33,786 bases of DNA from Acutalibacteraceae bacterium (lineage in GTDB: Bacteria > Bacillota > Clostridia > Oscillospirales > Acutalibacteraceae): positions 1 through 33,786 of the forward strand of contig JAZOBW010000071.1 of NCBI GenBank assembly GCA_045596185.1, read 5' to 3'. Made by a program: the position numbers and the translations under genes. This document shows, one piece after another, positions 1 to 9,972 of the stretch. The first letter of the stretch is position 1; every line of letters starts with the position of its first letter. A model generated the notes under the pieces. The model saw only the letters and a list, made by a program, of their open reading frames with translations. It was not told where the DNA came from and ran no database searches.

Positions 1-972
1 GCCGGATTTGATGCAAAGGAAAATTCACGCAGTAAAAACATAACAGATGCTACAATTGGCGGCATTCCCATCGTCGGCGCTTGCATCGGTGTGGCAATAA
101 TGGCCCTTACAGCACTTATAACGTTGGGCGGTCTTAAAAGAATTGCCAATGTTGCAGAAAAGGTTGTTCCCTTTATGGTAATCCTCTTTGTTCTGGGAAG
201 CCTTATTATCATCGGCATTAACTACGATTCCATTATTCCTGCATTCAGGGCTATATTCGCAAATGCATTCCGTCCTGAAGCATTTGTCGGCGGTGGAACG
301 GGTAGCATTATCATTGCAATAACACAGGGCTTTAAGCGTGGCGTTTTCTCAAATGAAGCAGGTCTTGGCTCTTCAGTTATGGTACACTCCAACTCTTCAA
401 TAAGAGAGCCTGTAAAGCAGGGTATGTGGGGTATTTTTGAGGTATTTGCAGATACAATTGTTGTTTGTACAATGACCGCTCTCGTTGTACTTACCTCTGG
501 TGTTCACGATTATACAAAGGCTGCCCCCGAAGGTGTTGATGCAACACTTGTAGGTGATGCATTCAACAGTGTTTTCCCCTGGGGCAATATCGGTAGCAAG
601 TTTATTGCAATTGCAATGTTCCTCTTTGCATTTACAACCGTTCTCGGTTGGTCGCACTACGGCACAAAGGCTTGGGAATATCTTTTCGGTACAAAGAGCA
701 CCTTCATTTTCAAGATTATACACATAATCACCATCATCTTCGGTGCTGTTATGACCTCTACCCTTGCATGGGATATTTCCGATACATTCAACGGATTTAT
801 GATGATCCCCAACCTTATCGGTGTTCTGGCGCTTTGCCCGCTGATAATCAAAATAACCAATAACTATGTACGCCGCAAGATAAAAGGCGAAAACATCAAA
901 CCAATGCTTTCGGCAGTTAATGAAGCACAACAGGAAGCAGAAGAAGCGCTCCTTACAAATCCCGATCTGTAA
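1..972 (+). CDS. Alanine/glycine:cation (sodium:alanine) symporter family transporter, 5'-truncated by the window edge
   Basis: Frame 1 is open from base 1 into the listed ORF at 91. The product is a polytopic membrane protein with AGCS-like segments (GFKRGVFSNEAGLGSS, VLGWSHYG). Stop at 970-972. Confidence 0.8.
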   Translation, partial: AGFDAKENSRSKNITDATIGGIPIVGACIGVAIMALTALITLGGLKRIANVAEKVVPFMVILFVLGSLIIIGINYDSIIPAFRAIFANAFRPEAFVGGGTGSIIIAITQGFKRGVFSNEAGLGSSVMVHSNSSIREPVKQGMWGIFEVFADTIVVCTMTALVVLTSGVHDYTKAAPEGVDATLVGDAFNSVFPWGNIGSKFIAIAMFLFAFTTVLGWSHYGTKAWEYLFGTKSTFIFKIIHIITIIFGAVMTSTLAWDISDTFNGFMMIPNLIGVLALCPLIIKITNNYVRRKIKGENIKPMLSAVNEAQQEAEEALLTNPDL

Positions 973-1009
973 ATTAACAATATAATACAAAAAAACACCA
1001 AAATATTTC

Positions 1010-1038
1010 TTTACACAAAAAAGGATTTCTGCTATACT
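1010..1038 (+). promoter_or_regulatory. Candidate SigA promoter for the GH20 gene (TTTACA-17-TATACT), embedded in the upstream terminator hairpin
   Basis: tttaca at 1010-1015, 17-nt spacer, tatact at 1033-1038. Located about 40 nt upstream of the RBS (GGAGG) and ATG at 1078. Confidence 0.35.
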
Positions 1039-1060
1039 AACAGCAGAAATCCTTTTTATT
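1019..1060 (+). terminator. Rho-independent terminator after the symporter gene
   Basis: Perfect 12-bp stem, aaggatttctgc (1021-1032) pairing with gcagaaatcctt (1043-1054), followed by a T-run. Confidence 0.8.
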
Positions 1061-1077
1061 TTGGAGGTTTTTTAATT

Positions 1078-2667
1078 ATGGAAAAAAATATGCTTGGCGT
1101 TATGCTTGATTGTTCAAGAAATGCAATCTACAAGGTTGAAACGGTTAAAAAATTCATTGATGATTTAAGTGCTATGGGCTATAACACCCTTATGCTTTAC
1201 ACCGAAGATACCTACGAAATTCCCGAACAACCAAGATTTGGATATCTGCGAGGCAGATATTCGCTTGATGAATTGAGAGAAATCGTAAACTACGGTGAAG
1301 AAAAGGGTATTGAGCTTATTCCCTGCATTCAGACCCTTGCGCATCTAAACCAGCTTTTCCGTTGGGGTGAATATTGCGCATATCGTGATATTGACGATAT
1401 TCTTCTTATTGACGACGACAGAACATACCGTCTTATTGATAATATGTTTAGTGCTATCCGCTCGGTTTTTAAGACCAACCGTGTACATATCGGTATGGAC
1501 GAAGCACACAACGTTGGCAGAGGCAGATATTTTGATATCCACGGTATGGAAAACCGTTTTGAGCTTATTAGCCGTCACCTTAAAAAGGTGCTTGAAATTG
1601 CCGATAAATACGATTTTAAGGCAATGATGTGGAGTGATATGTTCTTCCGCCTTGCAAACAGAGGTAACTATAACGTTTCAAGCCCCGAAATGATAACCGA
1701 TGAAATTATAGCCACCGTTCCTGAAAATGTTGAGCTTGTTTATTGGGATTATTACAGCGATGATTACAACCACTATACAAAAATGATTAAAGCACACCAG
1801 CGTTTTAATAATCCTACTATTTTTGCGGGCGGCGCTTGGAATTGGAGAGGTTTCACACCGCATAACAACTTCACGATAAACAACACCGAAAAGGCAATTA
1901 AGGCTTGCAACGATAATGGCGTTGATGAAATTCTGATAACTGTCTGGGGCGATAACGGCAACGAATCCCCCCTATACTCTGTTTTGCCTTCGCTGTTTTA
2001 TTCTGCACAGGCTGCACAGGGCAACTTTGATATGGATGATATCAAGGCAAAATTCAAAGCTATGTTTGGCATTGGATTTGACGATTTTATGAAAATCGAC
2101 CTGCCGTCATGCGTATTTGAGAATTCCGAATGCGGGGATGACAACACCGATAAAATAATGCTTTACGTTGACCCCCTGCTTGGAGTTTATGATTCCTTTG
2201 CCGATTACCGACCCGATAGCGCCGAGCTTTATACAGATTATGCAAAACAGCTTCGTGAAGTGGATGCAGGTGAGTATAACTATTTGTTTGAAAAATCTGT
2301 GGCGCTTTGCGATATGCTAAGTGTAAAGTTCTCGCTTGGCAGCCGTATCAGAAAAGCATATCAAAACGGCGATAAAAATGCTCTTGCCGAGGCGGGCAAG
2401 GATTGCCTTGAGGCAGTAAAACTGCTTGATATTTTCCGCGATAAGTTTTACGCCGCTTGGTGCGCCGAAAGAAAGAGCCACGGTTTTGATATTCAGGATA
2501 TTCGTTTGGGCGGATTGCACCGTAGACTTATTACTGCAAACGAATTAATTAATTCATATCTTAACGGCGATATTAAGGAAATTGAAGAATTAAACGAAAC
2601 AATTCTTCCCGAAAACCCCAAAAGCCATCTGTGGTGGAGAGAATTACCATCAGTCAATGCTTTTTAA
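1078..2667 (+). CDS. Glycoside hydrolase family 20-like beta-N-acetylhexosaminidase, no signal peptide
   Basis: 529-aa ORF with RBS GGAGG upstream. The N-terminus MLDCSRN...GYNTLMLYTEDTYE and the segments IPCIQTLAHL and HIGMDEAH are typical of the GH20 catalytic TIM barrel (recognised from memory). Confidence 0.7.
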   Translation: MEKNMLGVMLDCSRNAIYKVETVKKFIDDLSAMGYNTLMLYTEDTYEIPEQPRFGYLRGRYSLDELREIVNYGEEKGIELIPCIQTLAHLNQLFRWGEYCAYRDIDDILLIDDDRTYRLIDNMFSAIRSVFKTNRVHIGMDEAHNVGRGRYFDIHGMENRFELISRHLKKVLEIADKYDFKAMMWSDMFFRLANRGNYNVSSPEMITDEIIATVPENVELVYWDYYSDDYNHYTKMIKAHQRFNNPTIFAGGAWNWRGFTPHNNFTINNTEKAIKACNDNGVDEILITVWGDNGNESPLYSVLPSLFYSAQAAQGNFDMDDIKAKFKAMFGIGFDDFMKIDLPSCVFENSECGDDNTDKIMLYVDPLLGVYDSFADYRPDSAELYTDYAKQLREVDAGEYNYLFEKSVALCDMLSVKFSLGSRIRKAYQNGDKNALAEAGKDCLEAVKLLDIFRDKFYAAWCAERKSHGFDIQDIRLGGLHRRLITANELINSYLNGDIKEIEELNETILPENPKSHLWWRELPSVNAF

Positions 2668-2785
2668 AATAAAAAAATTCCCATCCTTTGAAGCTGTACC
2701 GCTCAGGATAGCTTTATTTGCCCGATTTGCTGCACCATAGGCTGCAATTAAGGGTATGGAATGATCTATCCAAATAAGTAAAATT

Positions 2786-2815
2786 ATCCGCTCGAGAAAT
2801 CGGGCGGATTTTTTA
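2786..2815 (+). terminator. Rho-independent terminator after the GH20 gene
   Basis: Stem tccgctcga, GAAA loop, tcgggcgga, followed by tttttt (2809-2814). Confidence 0.75.
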
Positions 2816-2824
2816 TAAAAGAAC

Positions 2825-2854
2825 TTGACAATAAAACAGGTGCAACATTATAAT
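2825..2854 (+). promoter_or_regulatory. SigA-type promoter (TTGACA-18-TATAAT) for the isomerase gene
   Basis: ttgaca at 2825-2830 and tataat at 2849-2854. It lies inside the N-terminal extension of the listed ORF, which argues for the downstream ATG as the real start. Confidence 0.6.
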
Positions 2855-2917
2855 TTACACTATAGAGACAAAGATATTCTTGACGGTTTTTCAAAAATTA
2901 TATTAGGGGGGTTATTG

Positions 2918-3781
2918 ATGAAAATATCAACAGAAATTGCATCAATAGCAAAAATAGTCGGTATGGAAAAGGCGGTTGAGCTATGTGCAAAAGCAGGTTT
3001 TGATGCCTGGGATTTCTCAATGTTTGATATGTGCACAATTGATTGGAAAACAAGGTTGCCTTTGCAAAACGAAAACCCACTTAATGGAATCCATTATCTT
3101 GAATTTTCAAGAAAACTCAAAACAATAGGACTTGATAACGGAATCGTATGCAATCAGTCGCATGCGCCCTTTCCTGTTGATGTGCCCGCTGTTCGCTCCT
3201 CTTTAAAGCTAGCTATTGAATGTACAGCGGAGGCAGGCGGTGAAATTTGCGTTATTCATCCCGATAACAATAAAACTGCCGAGCAAAATGCCGAAATGTA
3301 TGCCGAGCTTCTCCCCTTTGCCAAGAGCTGCGGTGTTAAAATCGCAACAGAAAACATGTGGAATTGGGACAATATAAAAAACAAATCTTCTTTTGCCGCT
3401 TGTGCAACAGGCGAAGATTTCAAAAAACATATTGACACTATTAATGATGATTTCTTTGTTGGTTGCCTCGATTTAGGTCATGCTGAAATGCGCGGTTCAG
3501 GTAACGGAGCTGTTAATATGATAAAAACATTAGGACATCGCCTTCAAGCCCTGCATATTCACGATAATGACCGTTGGCATGATAATCATCAAATTCCATT
3601 CTCAATGAATATTGATTTCGAAGAGATTATTAAAGCACTCAAAGAAATTGGTTACGATGGTTATTTCACTTTAGAGGCAGATGCCTTCCTGAATGATTAT
3701 AACAGGGATAACGTCTTGAACGGTGTGGTGAAGCTCAAAGAAAGCGCAAGAAAACTTGCCGATAAGTTCGAACAACTATAA
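2918..3781 (+). CDS. Sugar phosphate isomerase/epimerase (xylose isomerase-like TIM barrel, AP_endonuc_2 fold)
   Basis: ATG at 2918 is preceded by the RBS AGGGGGG. The segments ICVIHP, KIATENM, LDLGHA, LHIHDN and FTLEA match the metal-binding barrel pattern of this family. The listed TTG start at 2825 is rejected. Confidence 0.75.
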   Translation: MKISTEIASIAKIVGMEKAVELCAKAGFDAWDFSMFDMCTIDWKTRLPLQNENPLNGIHYLEFSRKLKTIGLDNGIVCNQSHAPFPVDVPAVRSSLKLAIECTAEAGGEICVIHPDNNKTAEQNAEMYAELLPFAKSCGVKIATENMWNWDNIKNKSSFAACATGEDFKKHIDTINDDFFVGCLDLGHAEMRGSGNGAVNMIKTLGHRLQALHIHDNDRWHDNHQIPFSMNIDFEEIIKALKEIGYDGYFTLEADAFLNDYNRDNVLNGVVKLKESARKLADKFEQL

Positions 3782-3904
3782 AACAATTTATTATCCTCCC
3801 CTTTTGCTGATTATGCCACAGGCAGAAATCAAATAGTTTTAGTTTTTCCTAACAGTGACATTTGGGCGCCGAAACGTTCTGATTGTTACGGTATAAGACA
3901 AAAT

Positions 3905-3939
3905 GAAAAGAAGCACGAAATTTTCGTGCTTCTTTTTTT
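3905..3939. terminator. Bidirectional terminator shared by the isomerase gene (+) and polC (-)
   Basis: gaagcacgaaa (3910-3920) pairs with tttcgtgcttc (3922-3932). It is flanked by an A-run on the left and a T-run on the right. Confidence 0.8.
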
Positions 3940-3980
3940 ACCGTCCTTTAGAGTACAATCCCTTAGATGGAATTTTTTGT

Positions 3981-6900
3981 TTAGAACAATGATATCTGAT
4001 TTGTTTCGGGCAGGTCGTCCATAGCGCCTAAATCTGCAAGGTTCTGGATTATTGTTTTGGAAACACCTGCTTCTATTGCAAAGTCTTCGCGAGAAACAAA
4101 GTTACCCTCCTGTGCGGCTTTATAAATAGAATATGCCGCCTTTTCTCCAACGCCTGAAAGCGCACCGAACGGCAGACGCATCTTGCCGTTTTCGGGAACA
4201 AACTTCATAGCGTGGGAGTGATTTATGTCTATAGGCAGAACCTCGATACCGCGCGCCATCATCTCGTTAAATATAAGAAGCGTGTTGTATGTATCGAGTT
4301 CCTTTTTACTTGCTTCCTTGCCCTTTGACTTGATTGCCGTCATCATACGGCGTACCGCCTGTCTACCCTGAATTATGGTGGGAACATCAACATCTTCGGG
4401 ACGGGCGGTAAAGTATGCACAGTAAAATTCCAACGGACGGTATACCTTATACCAAGCAACACGAAGCGCCGAAATAACATATGCTGCCGCGTGGGCCTTG
4501 GGAAACATATACTTTATCTTATAGCAGGATTCAATATACCATTCAGGAACACCTACTTTTCGCATACTTTCTTCCATAGATGCCCATTCTTCTTTAGAAA
4601 CCTTGCCTTTAGCGACAAGTCCTTTACGAACAGTCTCGGTTATCTTGAAGGCAAGGCCCTCCTCCATACCCTGATGTATAAGGTAAACCATTATATTATC
4701 ACGGGTACCTATAACCTCTGAAATAGTGCATATTCCCTTTTCAATAAGATCCTTTGCATTACCGAGGTAAACATCGGTACCGTGCGAAAGACCCGAAATT
4801 TGCAGAAGATCGGCAAAATTTTTAGGTTTACAGTCAAGCAACATTCCACGAACAAACTCTGTACCGAACTCAGGCAGACAGAATGTTCCGGTTTTTGATT
4901 CGATCTCTTCGGGTTCAACACCTAAAGCCTCGGTAGAAGTGAAAAGGCTGTACACCTTTGGGTCACTCATCGAAACATCGTTTACGGGAATTCCAGAATA
5001 CTCTTCTAAATACTTATAGGTAGTAGGTACAACATGACCGAGTTCATCGAGTTTGAGAATGGTATCATGGATAGAATGGAAATCAAAATGGGTTGTTATA
5101 ACATCCGATTCACTGTCATCAGCAGGATGCTGAACGGGACAGAAATCATATATTGTCTTATCTCTGGGCACAACTATCATTCCGGCAGGATGCTGACCAG
5201 TGGTCTGCTTTACCTGTGCTTTTTCTACCATCGATGCAAGGCGGTTAAGTTCCGCACCGCTAAGGGTGATACCCATATGTTCAGCATAAGCCTTCGAAAA
5301 ACCGTAGGCGGTTTTTTCGGCTATGGTGGTTATTGTTCCTGCCTTGAAAACATTCTCGCTACCAAAAAGTGTTTCGGTGTATTTCTGAACGGCAGTCTGT
5401 ACTTCATCCGAAAAGTTAAGATCGATATCGGGCACCTTGTCTCCCTTAAATCCAAGAAAGGTTTCAAAAGGTATATCGTGGCCGTTGCGATTCATAGGTG
5501 TACCGCACTTAGGGCAGTTCTTTTCGGGAAGATCAAATCCCGAACCGACAGAACCATCATTAAAAAACTCGCTTTCACAGCAGTTCGGACATACATAGTG
5601 CGGTGGCAGGGGGTTAACTTCGGAAATACCTGCCATTGTAGCAACAAATGAAGAACCTACCGAACCACGGGAACCGACAAGATAACCCTGTTCTTCACTG
5701 TAGGCAACAAGTTTCTGTGCCGAAATATACATTATCGAAAATCCGTTATTGATAATAGCGGTAAGTTCCTTATTAAGACGCTTTTCAACGATTTCGGGCA
5801 AAACTTCGCCGTATATCTTGTGGGCGTTTTCCCAACAAATGTCGCGAAGCAGATCGTCCGAGCCTTCAATAACCGGAGGATAGTTACCCTCCGGAACTGG
5901 GACAACATCGCCGCTTACCATTTCGGCTATTTTATTGGGGTTATCAATAACAAATTCTTTAGCGCGTTCACCGAAATAATCAAAATCATCAAGCATTTCC
6001 TGCGTGGATTTAAGATAAAGCGGCGCCTGATTTTCAATATCGGAAAATCCCTGTCCTGCCATTACTATCTGGCGGATAATGCCGTCGCTCTTCTTCAGGA
6101 AATGAACATCTCCTGTAGCGACAACCATTTTACCCAGTTTGTCGGCAAGTTCTACTATCTTGCGGTTAAAATTCTTTATAACATCAATCGTTTTAACATG
6201 GGCAAATCGGTTTTTAGTAACCTGACCGGATTTGGCATCAACCTTATCGGGGTTCATCGATTCCCTGACCATAAATTCATTATTTCCTATCGGCTGAATT
6301 TCAAGGTAATCATAATAATCGGCTATTTTAAGTAATTCTTCATCACTCTTGCCGTCCACCACAGCCTTATAAAGTTCGCCCTGCTCACAAGCCGAACCGA
6401 TTATAAGGCCTTCACGCAGAGCATCAAGTTTGCTTCGGTATGTAATGGGTCTGCCCTTAAAATCATGAACATGAGCCTCGGATACCAGTTTGTAAAGATT
6501 TTTAAGTCCCACGGAATTCTTTACAAGAATTATCTGGTGGTGGCGATATTTTGCAAGTTGCTTTGCATTAAGACCCGAAACATCGTTGTTTATATCATCA
6601 ACAAAATAAGCCTCCACGCCGTAGATGACCTTGAAATCGCCTCCTGCCTTTCTGATACCCTTTACAGCAGCGGCAGCAGCAGGATACGCCTGAACAACAC
6701 CGTGGTCGGTAATGGCAACCGCCTTGTGGCCCCATTTATAGGCATGATTGATAATGTCCCCTGCACTTGACACCGCATCTTTTGAAGACATATTAGTATG
6801 GCAGTGTAATTCCACTCTTTTTTCGCCATCATAAGAATCGGTCTCCTTGTATGGTTGCAAAAGGGCTATCGATTTTGGATTTACTATATACGCCTTTTTA

Positions 6901-7796
6901 TAATCATCAAATTCATAAACACCGTTAACAAGAATAAATGCACCGTTCTTTATGGGCGAAATTGTCTCCATCTTTTCGGGGGCAACAAACATACTTACAT
7001 CAAGTGAATTTGTATGGTCGCTGAAACTGAACTTAACTATATTTCGCTCACCGCGGCGTGTATTTATACTACGAACCTCGTAACCGAATACCTCACCCCA
7101 ACAAACGATGTCGCGGTCATCCTCGGTTATATTTATCATCGGCTTTGTATTATTGTCTATATTTCTACCATAAAAAAGTCTCGGATCATCAAGATATACA
7201 AGTCCGTTTGCAGGACGGTCAGTTCGATTTTCAAAAGTTATGCTCTTTTTCGGCGCACCGCTTTCTCTTTTGGGCGCCGCCGTATACTCCTGCACAGGGG
7301 GCGGTGGAAGTTCTATTTCTATATCCTCGGTCTGACCATCAAAACATACCATAAGTTCACGGGAAAATTTATCGAGCGCCTTGGCACAGAACTGACCCTC
7401 AAACCCATTTTCGATTATATGGGAAAGTCCTCCGTAACGCAGAGTTATTTTGACAGTATCGTCCTCTATTTCATAACAGGCAGAATTAAAATATCCGTTT
7501 AGCGCCACATTGGTGATACGGATCTCGTCTACCATATCGCTACAAGCCTGAACACAAAGTGCATCGGGTGCGAATGTTATATTTATTTCTACCGCGGTCA
7601 GCATAAGTGCCGAACGAAGTTGATTTTTGAAATCAAGAACCGTTTTTCTTGAAATATATACGGGTGAATATGTATCTATTTTCAAAGAACGGTCTTCGGA
7701 ATTCAGTTCACAACCGCTGAACTCAGCGGCAGCAAACGCCTCCTTGACCTTATCATCAACATATTGTGAAAACAATACATCAAAGGAAAACATCAT
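3981..7796 (-). CDS. polC: DNA polymerase III PolC-type alpha subunit, lacking the internal DnaQ-like 3'-5' exonuclease domain
   Basis: 1271 aa. The PolC N-terminal domain, OB fold, PHP motifs (HCHTNMS, ITDHG, GVEAY, ATGDVHF), Zn module (HYVCPNC...CPKCG), GSRGSVGSS, KGDKVPDIDLNF, KYMFPKAHAAAY and the C-terminal NQISLF are all present. No Exo I/II/III motifs occur between GVEAYFVDD and GLKNLYKLVS. Confidence 0.95.
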   Translation of the reverse strand: MMFSFDVLFSQYVDDKVKEAFAAAEFSGCELNSEDRSLKIDTYSPVYISRKTVLDFKNQLRSALMLTAVEINITFAPDALCVQACSDMVDEIRITNVALNGYFNSACYEIEDDTVKITLRYGGLSHIIENGFEGQFCAKALDKFSRELMVCFDGQTEDIEIELPPPPVQEYTAAPKRESGAPKKSITFENRTDRPANGLVYLDDPRLFYGRNIDNNTKPMINITEDDRDIVCWGEVFGYEVRSINTRRGERNIVKFSFSDHTNSLDVSMFVAPEKMETISPIKNGAFILVNGVYEFDDYKKAYIVNPKSIALLQPYKETDSYDGEKRVELHCHTNMSSKDAVSSAGDIINHAYKWGHKAVAITDHGVVQAYPAAAAAVKGIRKAGGDFKVIYGVEAYFVDDINNDVSGLNAKQLAKYRHHQIILVKNSVGLKNLYKLVSEAHVHDFKGRPITYRSKLDALREGLIIGSACEQGELYKAVVDGKSDEELLKIADYYDYLEIQPIGNNEFMVRESMNPDKVDAKSGQVTKNRFAHVKTIDVIKNFNRKIVELADKLGKMVVATGDVHFLKKSDGIIRQIVMAGQGFSDIENQAPLYLKSTQEMLDDFDYFGERAKEFVIDNPNKIAEMVSGDVVPVPEGNYPPVIEGSDDLLRDICWENAHKIYGEVLPEIVEKRLNKELTAIINNGFSIMYISAQKLVAYSEEQGYLVGSRGSVGSSFVATMAGISEVNPLPPHYVCPNCCESEFFNDGSVGSGFDLPEKNCPKCGTPMNRNGHDIPFETFLGFKGDKVPDIDLNFSDEVQTAVQKYTETLFGSENVFKAGTITTIAEKTAYGFSKAYAEHMGITLSGAELNRLASMVEKAQVKQTTGQHPAGMIVVPRDKTIYDFCPVQHPADDSESDVITTHFDFHSIHDTILKLDELGHVVPTTYKYLEEYSGIPVNDVSMSDPKVYSLFTSTEALGVEPEEIESKTGTFCLPEFGTEFVRGMLLDCKPKNFADLLQISGLSHGTDVYLGNAKDLIEKGICTISEVIGTRDNIMVYLIHQGMEEGLAFKITETVRKGLVAKGKVSKEEWASMEESMRKVGVPEWYIESCYKIKYMFPKAHAAAYVISALRVAWYKVYRPLEFYCAYFTARPEDVDVPTIIQGRQAVRRMMTAIKSKGKEASKKELDTYNTLLIFNEMMARGIEVLPIDINHSHAMKFVPENGKMRLPFGALSGVGEKAAYSIYKAAQEGNFVSREDFAIEAGVSKTIIQNLADLGAMDDLPETNQISLF

Positions 7797-7806
7797 TACA
7801 ACTCCA

Positions 7807-8862
7807 TTACATTTTTTCTATTTCCTCAGTAAGGCAATCAAGCAGTCTGCTCTCAGGAATGTTATTATACAGTATCTTTCCGTGTTTGAAGATAACGCCG
7901 CAACCGTTACCGCCTGCAATTCCTATATCGGCTTCCCGTGCCTCTCCGGGGCCGTTTACAACACAACCCATTATTGCAACGGTTATATTCTTGTCCACAT
8001 TACAAAGACGCTCCTGTGCGGCATTTGCAAGACCGATAAGGTCGATAGATGTTCTGCCGCAGGTAGGACAGGATACAAATCGGATACCGCCCTTGCGAAG
8101 CCCCAGTGCCTTTAGTAGATCCCGTGCAGCGGCGACCTCCTTGACAGGGTCGTCGGTAAGGGATATGCGGATGGTATCGCCAATTCCGCGAAGCAGAAGT
8201 CCGCCTATTCCTGCGGCAGATTTTATAATTCCGATACGCTCTGTTCCGGCTTCGGTAACACCCAGATGCAGCGGGTAACGACATTTTTCCGATGCAACTG
8301 TATATGCATCATACATACGCTGAGTATCCGAAGATTTCAGCGACAACACTATGTTGTTAAAATCAAATCTTTCAAGCAGTGAAATATGATAAAGTCCGCT
8401 CTCTACCATCGCTTCGGGAGTGGGAGAACCATACTTTTCAAGTATATGTTTTTCCAGCGAACCCGAATTTACACCTATTCTTATGGGAATATTCTTTGCA
8501 TTACAGGCATCAGCAACCGCCTTGACACGAATACTGTCGCCAATATTGCCGGGATTAATACGTATTTTATCCACACCGGCCTCTATACTTTCAATAGCAA
8601 GGCGCCAATCAAAATGAATATCAGCAACAAGCGGAATATCGATGGTATTCTTTATGGCATAAACGGTATCAAGAGTCTGCTTATCGGGGACCGATACACG
8701 CAATATCTCACAACCTGCATTTTGAAGTGCCACCGCCTGAGCAACATTTCCTGCTATATCATGGGCAGGAACATTGAGCATTGATTGCACCGTAACCGGT
8801 GAACCACCGCCGATTGCAGTATTACCTACAGCAACACGGACTGTATCTTTATTTGTGAACAT
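7807..8862 (-). CDS. ispG: 4-hydroxy-3-methylbut-2-en-1-yl diphosphate synthase (flavodoxin), MEP pathway
   Basis: The start is set at the ATG at 8862 (MFTNKD...), preceded by GAAGGTG. The C-terminal CPTCGR...GCVVNGPGE Fe-S motifs are characteristic of IspG/GcpE. Confidence 0.93.
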   Translation of the reverse strand: MFTNKDTVRVAVGNTAIGGGSPVTVQSMLNVPAHDIAGNVAQAVALQNAGCEILRVSVPDKQTLDTVYAIKNTIDIPLVADIHFDWRLAIESIEAGVDKIRINPGNIGDSIRVKAVADACNAKNIPIRIGVNSGSLEKHILEKYGSPTPEAMVESGLYHISLLERFDFNNIVLSLKSSDTQRMYDAYTVASEKCRYPLHLGVTEAGTERIGIIKSAAGIGGLLLRGIGDTIRISLTDDPVKEVAAARDLLKALGLRKGGIRFVSCPTCGRTSIDLIGLANAAQERLCNVDKNITVAIMGCVVNGPGEAREADIGIAGGNGCGVIFKHGKILYNNIPESRLLDCLTEEIEKM

Positions 8863-8879
8863 ATTTACACCTTCACATT

Positions 8880-9938
8880 CTAAAATATCAAAGACCATAT
8901 ATCTTTGGCCGTTACCAGTAACATAAATCCTATAAGCAACACAAAACCTACTGCGTGAATAATCGATTCGTACTTCTGGGGTACCTCACGGCGGAATATC
9001 ATTTCAAAAAGAATAAATATCAAGCGGCCACCATCAAGTGCAGGTATCGGGAAAAGGTTAAACAGACCCAGATTTATCGTTATAAGTGCCATTATTGGCA
9101 GCAGTGCTTTCAGATTCTGTTTTGCCACCGAGCCGATAACCGCCGTCATTCCTACGGGACCAGATACGGCACTGATGCCGTATTTACCCGAAATAAGGTC
9201 TACCAATGAGCGCCAAATAACCGCGCAATATGATGTGGCTGTTTTGAATGTGTTGCCGATATAGCTTGTAAAGGTCTTTTCCTGACCGTAAACATAAAAA
9301 TCAACGGTAAGATAACTTATTCCGTCCTGTACATCGCTTTTGAAGGTTACATCGGGAAGTTCTACACGTTTACCGTCACGAATAACGGTAAGATCCACCT
9401 TGCCATCGTCGATATTGGTGAATGCGTAACTAAGGTCATAAGTGCTGAAGATTCTTCTGGAATCCACCTCAATTATCTTATCATCGACACGAAGCCCCGT
9501 TGTGTCGCTTACCGATTGTTCGTGAAAACCTTCAACGGTGGTGGTTAAAAACCTTTCGGTAGGTGCAAGGATAATAGCAATCAATATAAGACCGAACAAC
9601 AGATTGAATACCGCACCCATAACAACGATAACAAATCTTTTCCATGCGCTTTTATTACAAAAGGCGCGGATATCACCGCTAGCCTCCTCCTCGCCCTCCA
9701 TAGCGCAGTATCCGCCCAGAGGAACAAGATTTACGCTGTATACCGTTTCGCCCAAGCGTTTTGAAAAAAGTTTGGGTCCGAAACCCACAGCAAACTCATT
9801 AACCCGAACGCCTACCGCCTTTGCGGCGATAAAGTGACCGAATTCGTGGATTATTATAAGAATCAAAAAAACCGCAACGGCCACCAGATACGGCCATACA
9901 TTGTTCCATACATTCAAAACGGTATCTATCGTAATCAC
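8880..9938 (-). CDS. rseP: RIP site-2 metalloprotease (M50, RseP/RasP family)
   Basis: HEFGHFIAAK (HExxH) sits in the first TM region. There is a central PDZ-like segment and a C-terminal NLFPIPALDGG motif. The apparent start is a GTG at 9938. Confidence 0.9.
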   Translation of the reverse strand: MITIDTVLNVWNNVWPYLVAVAVFLILIIIHEFGHFIAAKAVGVRVNEFAVGFGPKLFSKRLGETVYSVNLVPLGGYCAMEGEEEASGDIRAFCNKSAWKRFVIVVMGAVFNLLFGLILIAIILAPTERFLTTTVEGFHEQSVSDTTGLRVDDKIIEVDSRRIFSTYDLSYAFTNIDDGKVDLTVIRDGKRVELPDVTFKSDVQDGISYLTVDFYVYGQEKTFTSYIGNTFKTATSYCAVIWRSLVDLISGKYGISAVSGPVGMTAVIGSVAKQNLKALLPIMALITINLGLFNLFPIPALDGGRLIFILFEMIFRREVPQKYESIIHAVGFVLLIGFMLLVTAKDIWSLIF

Positions 9939-9972
9939 AACCTTTGAAAATTATCTGAACGGTGATAATGCA

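Noticed and set aside
2825-2917. TTG-initiated 31-codon N-terminal extension of the isomerase ORF
   Set aside because: The extension overlaps a TTGACA-18-TATAAT promoter. The internal ATG at 2918 has a strong RBS and gives a protein that starts where family members usually do.
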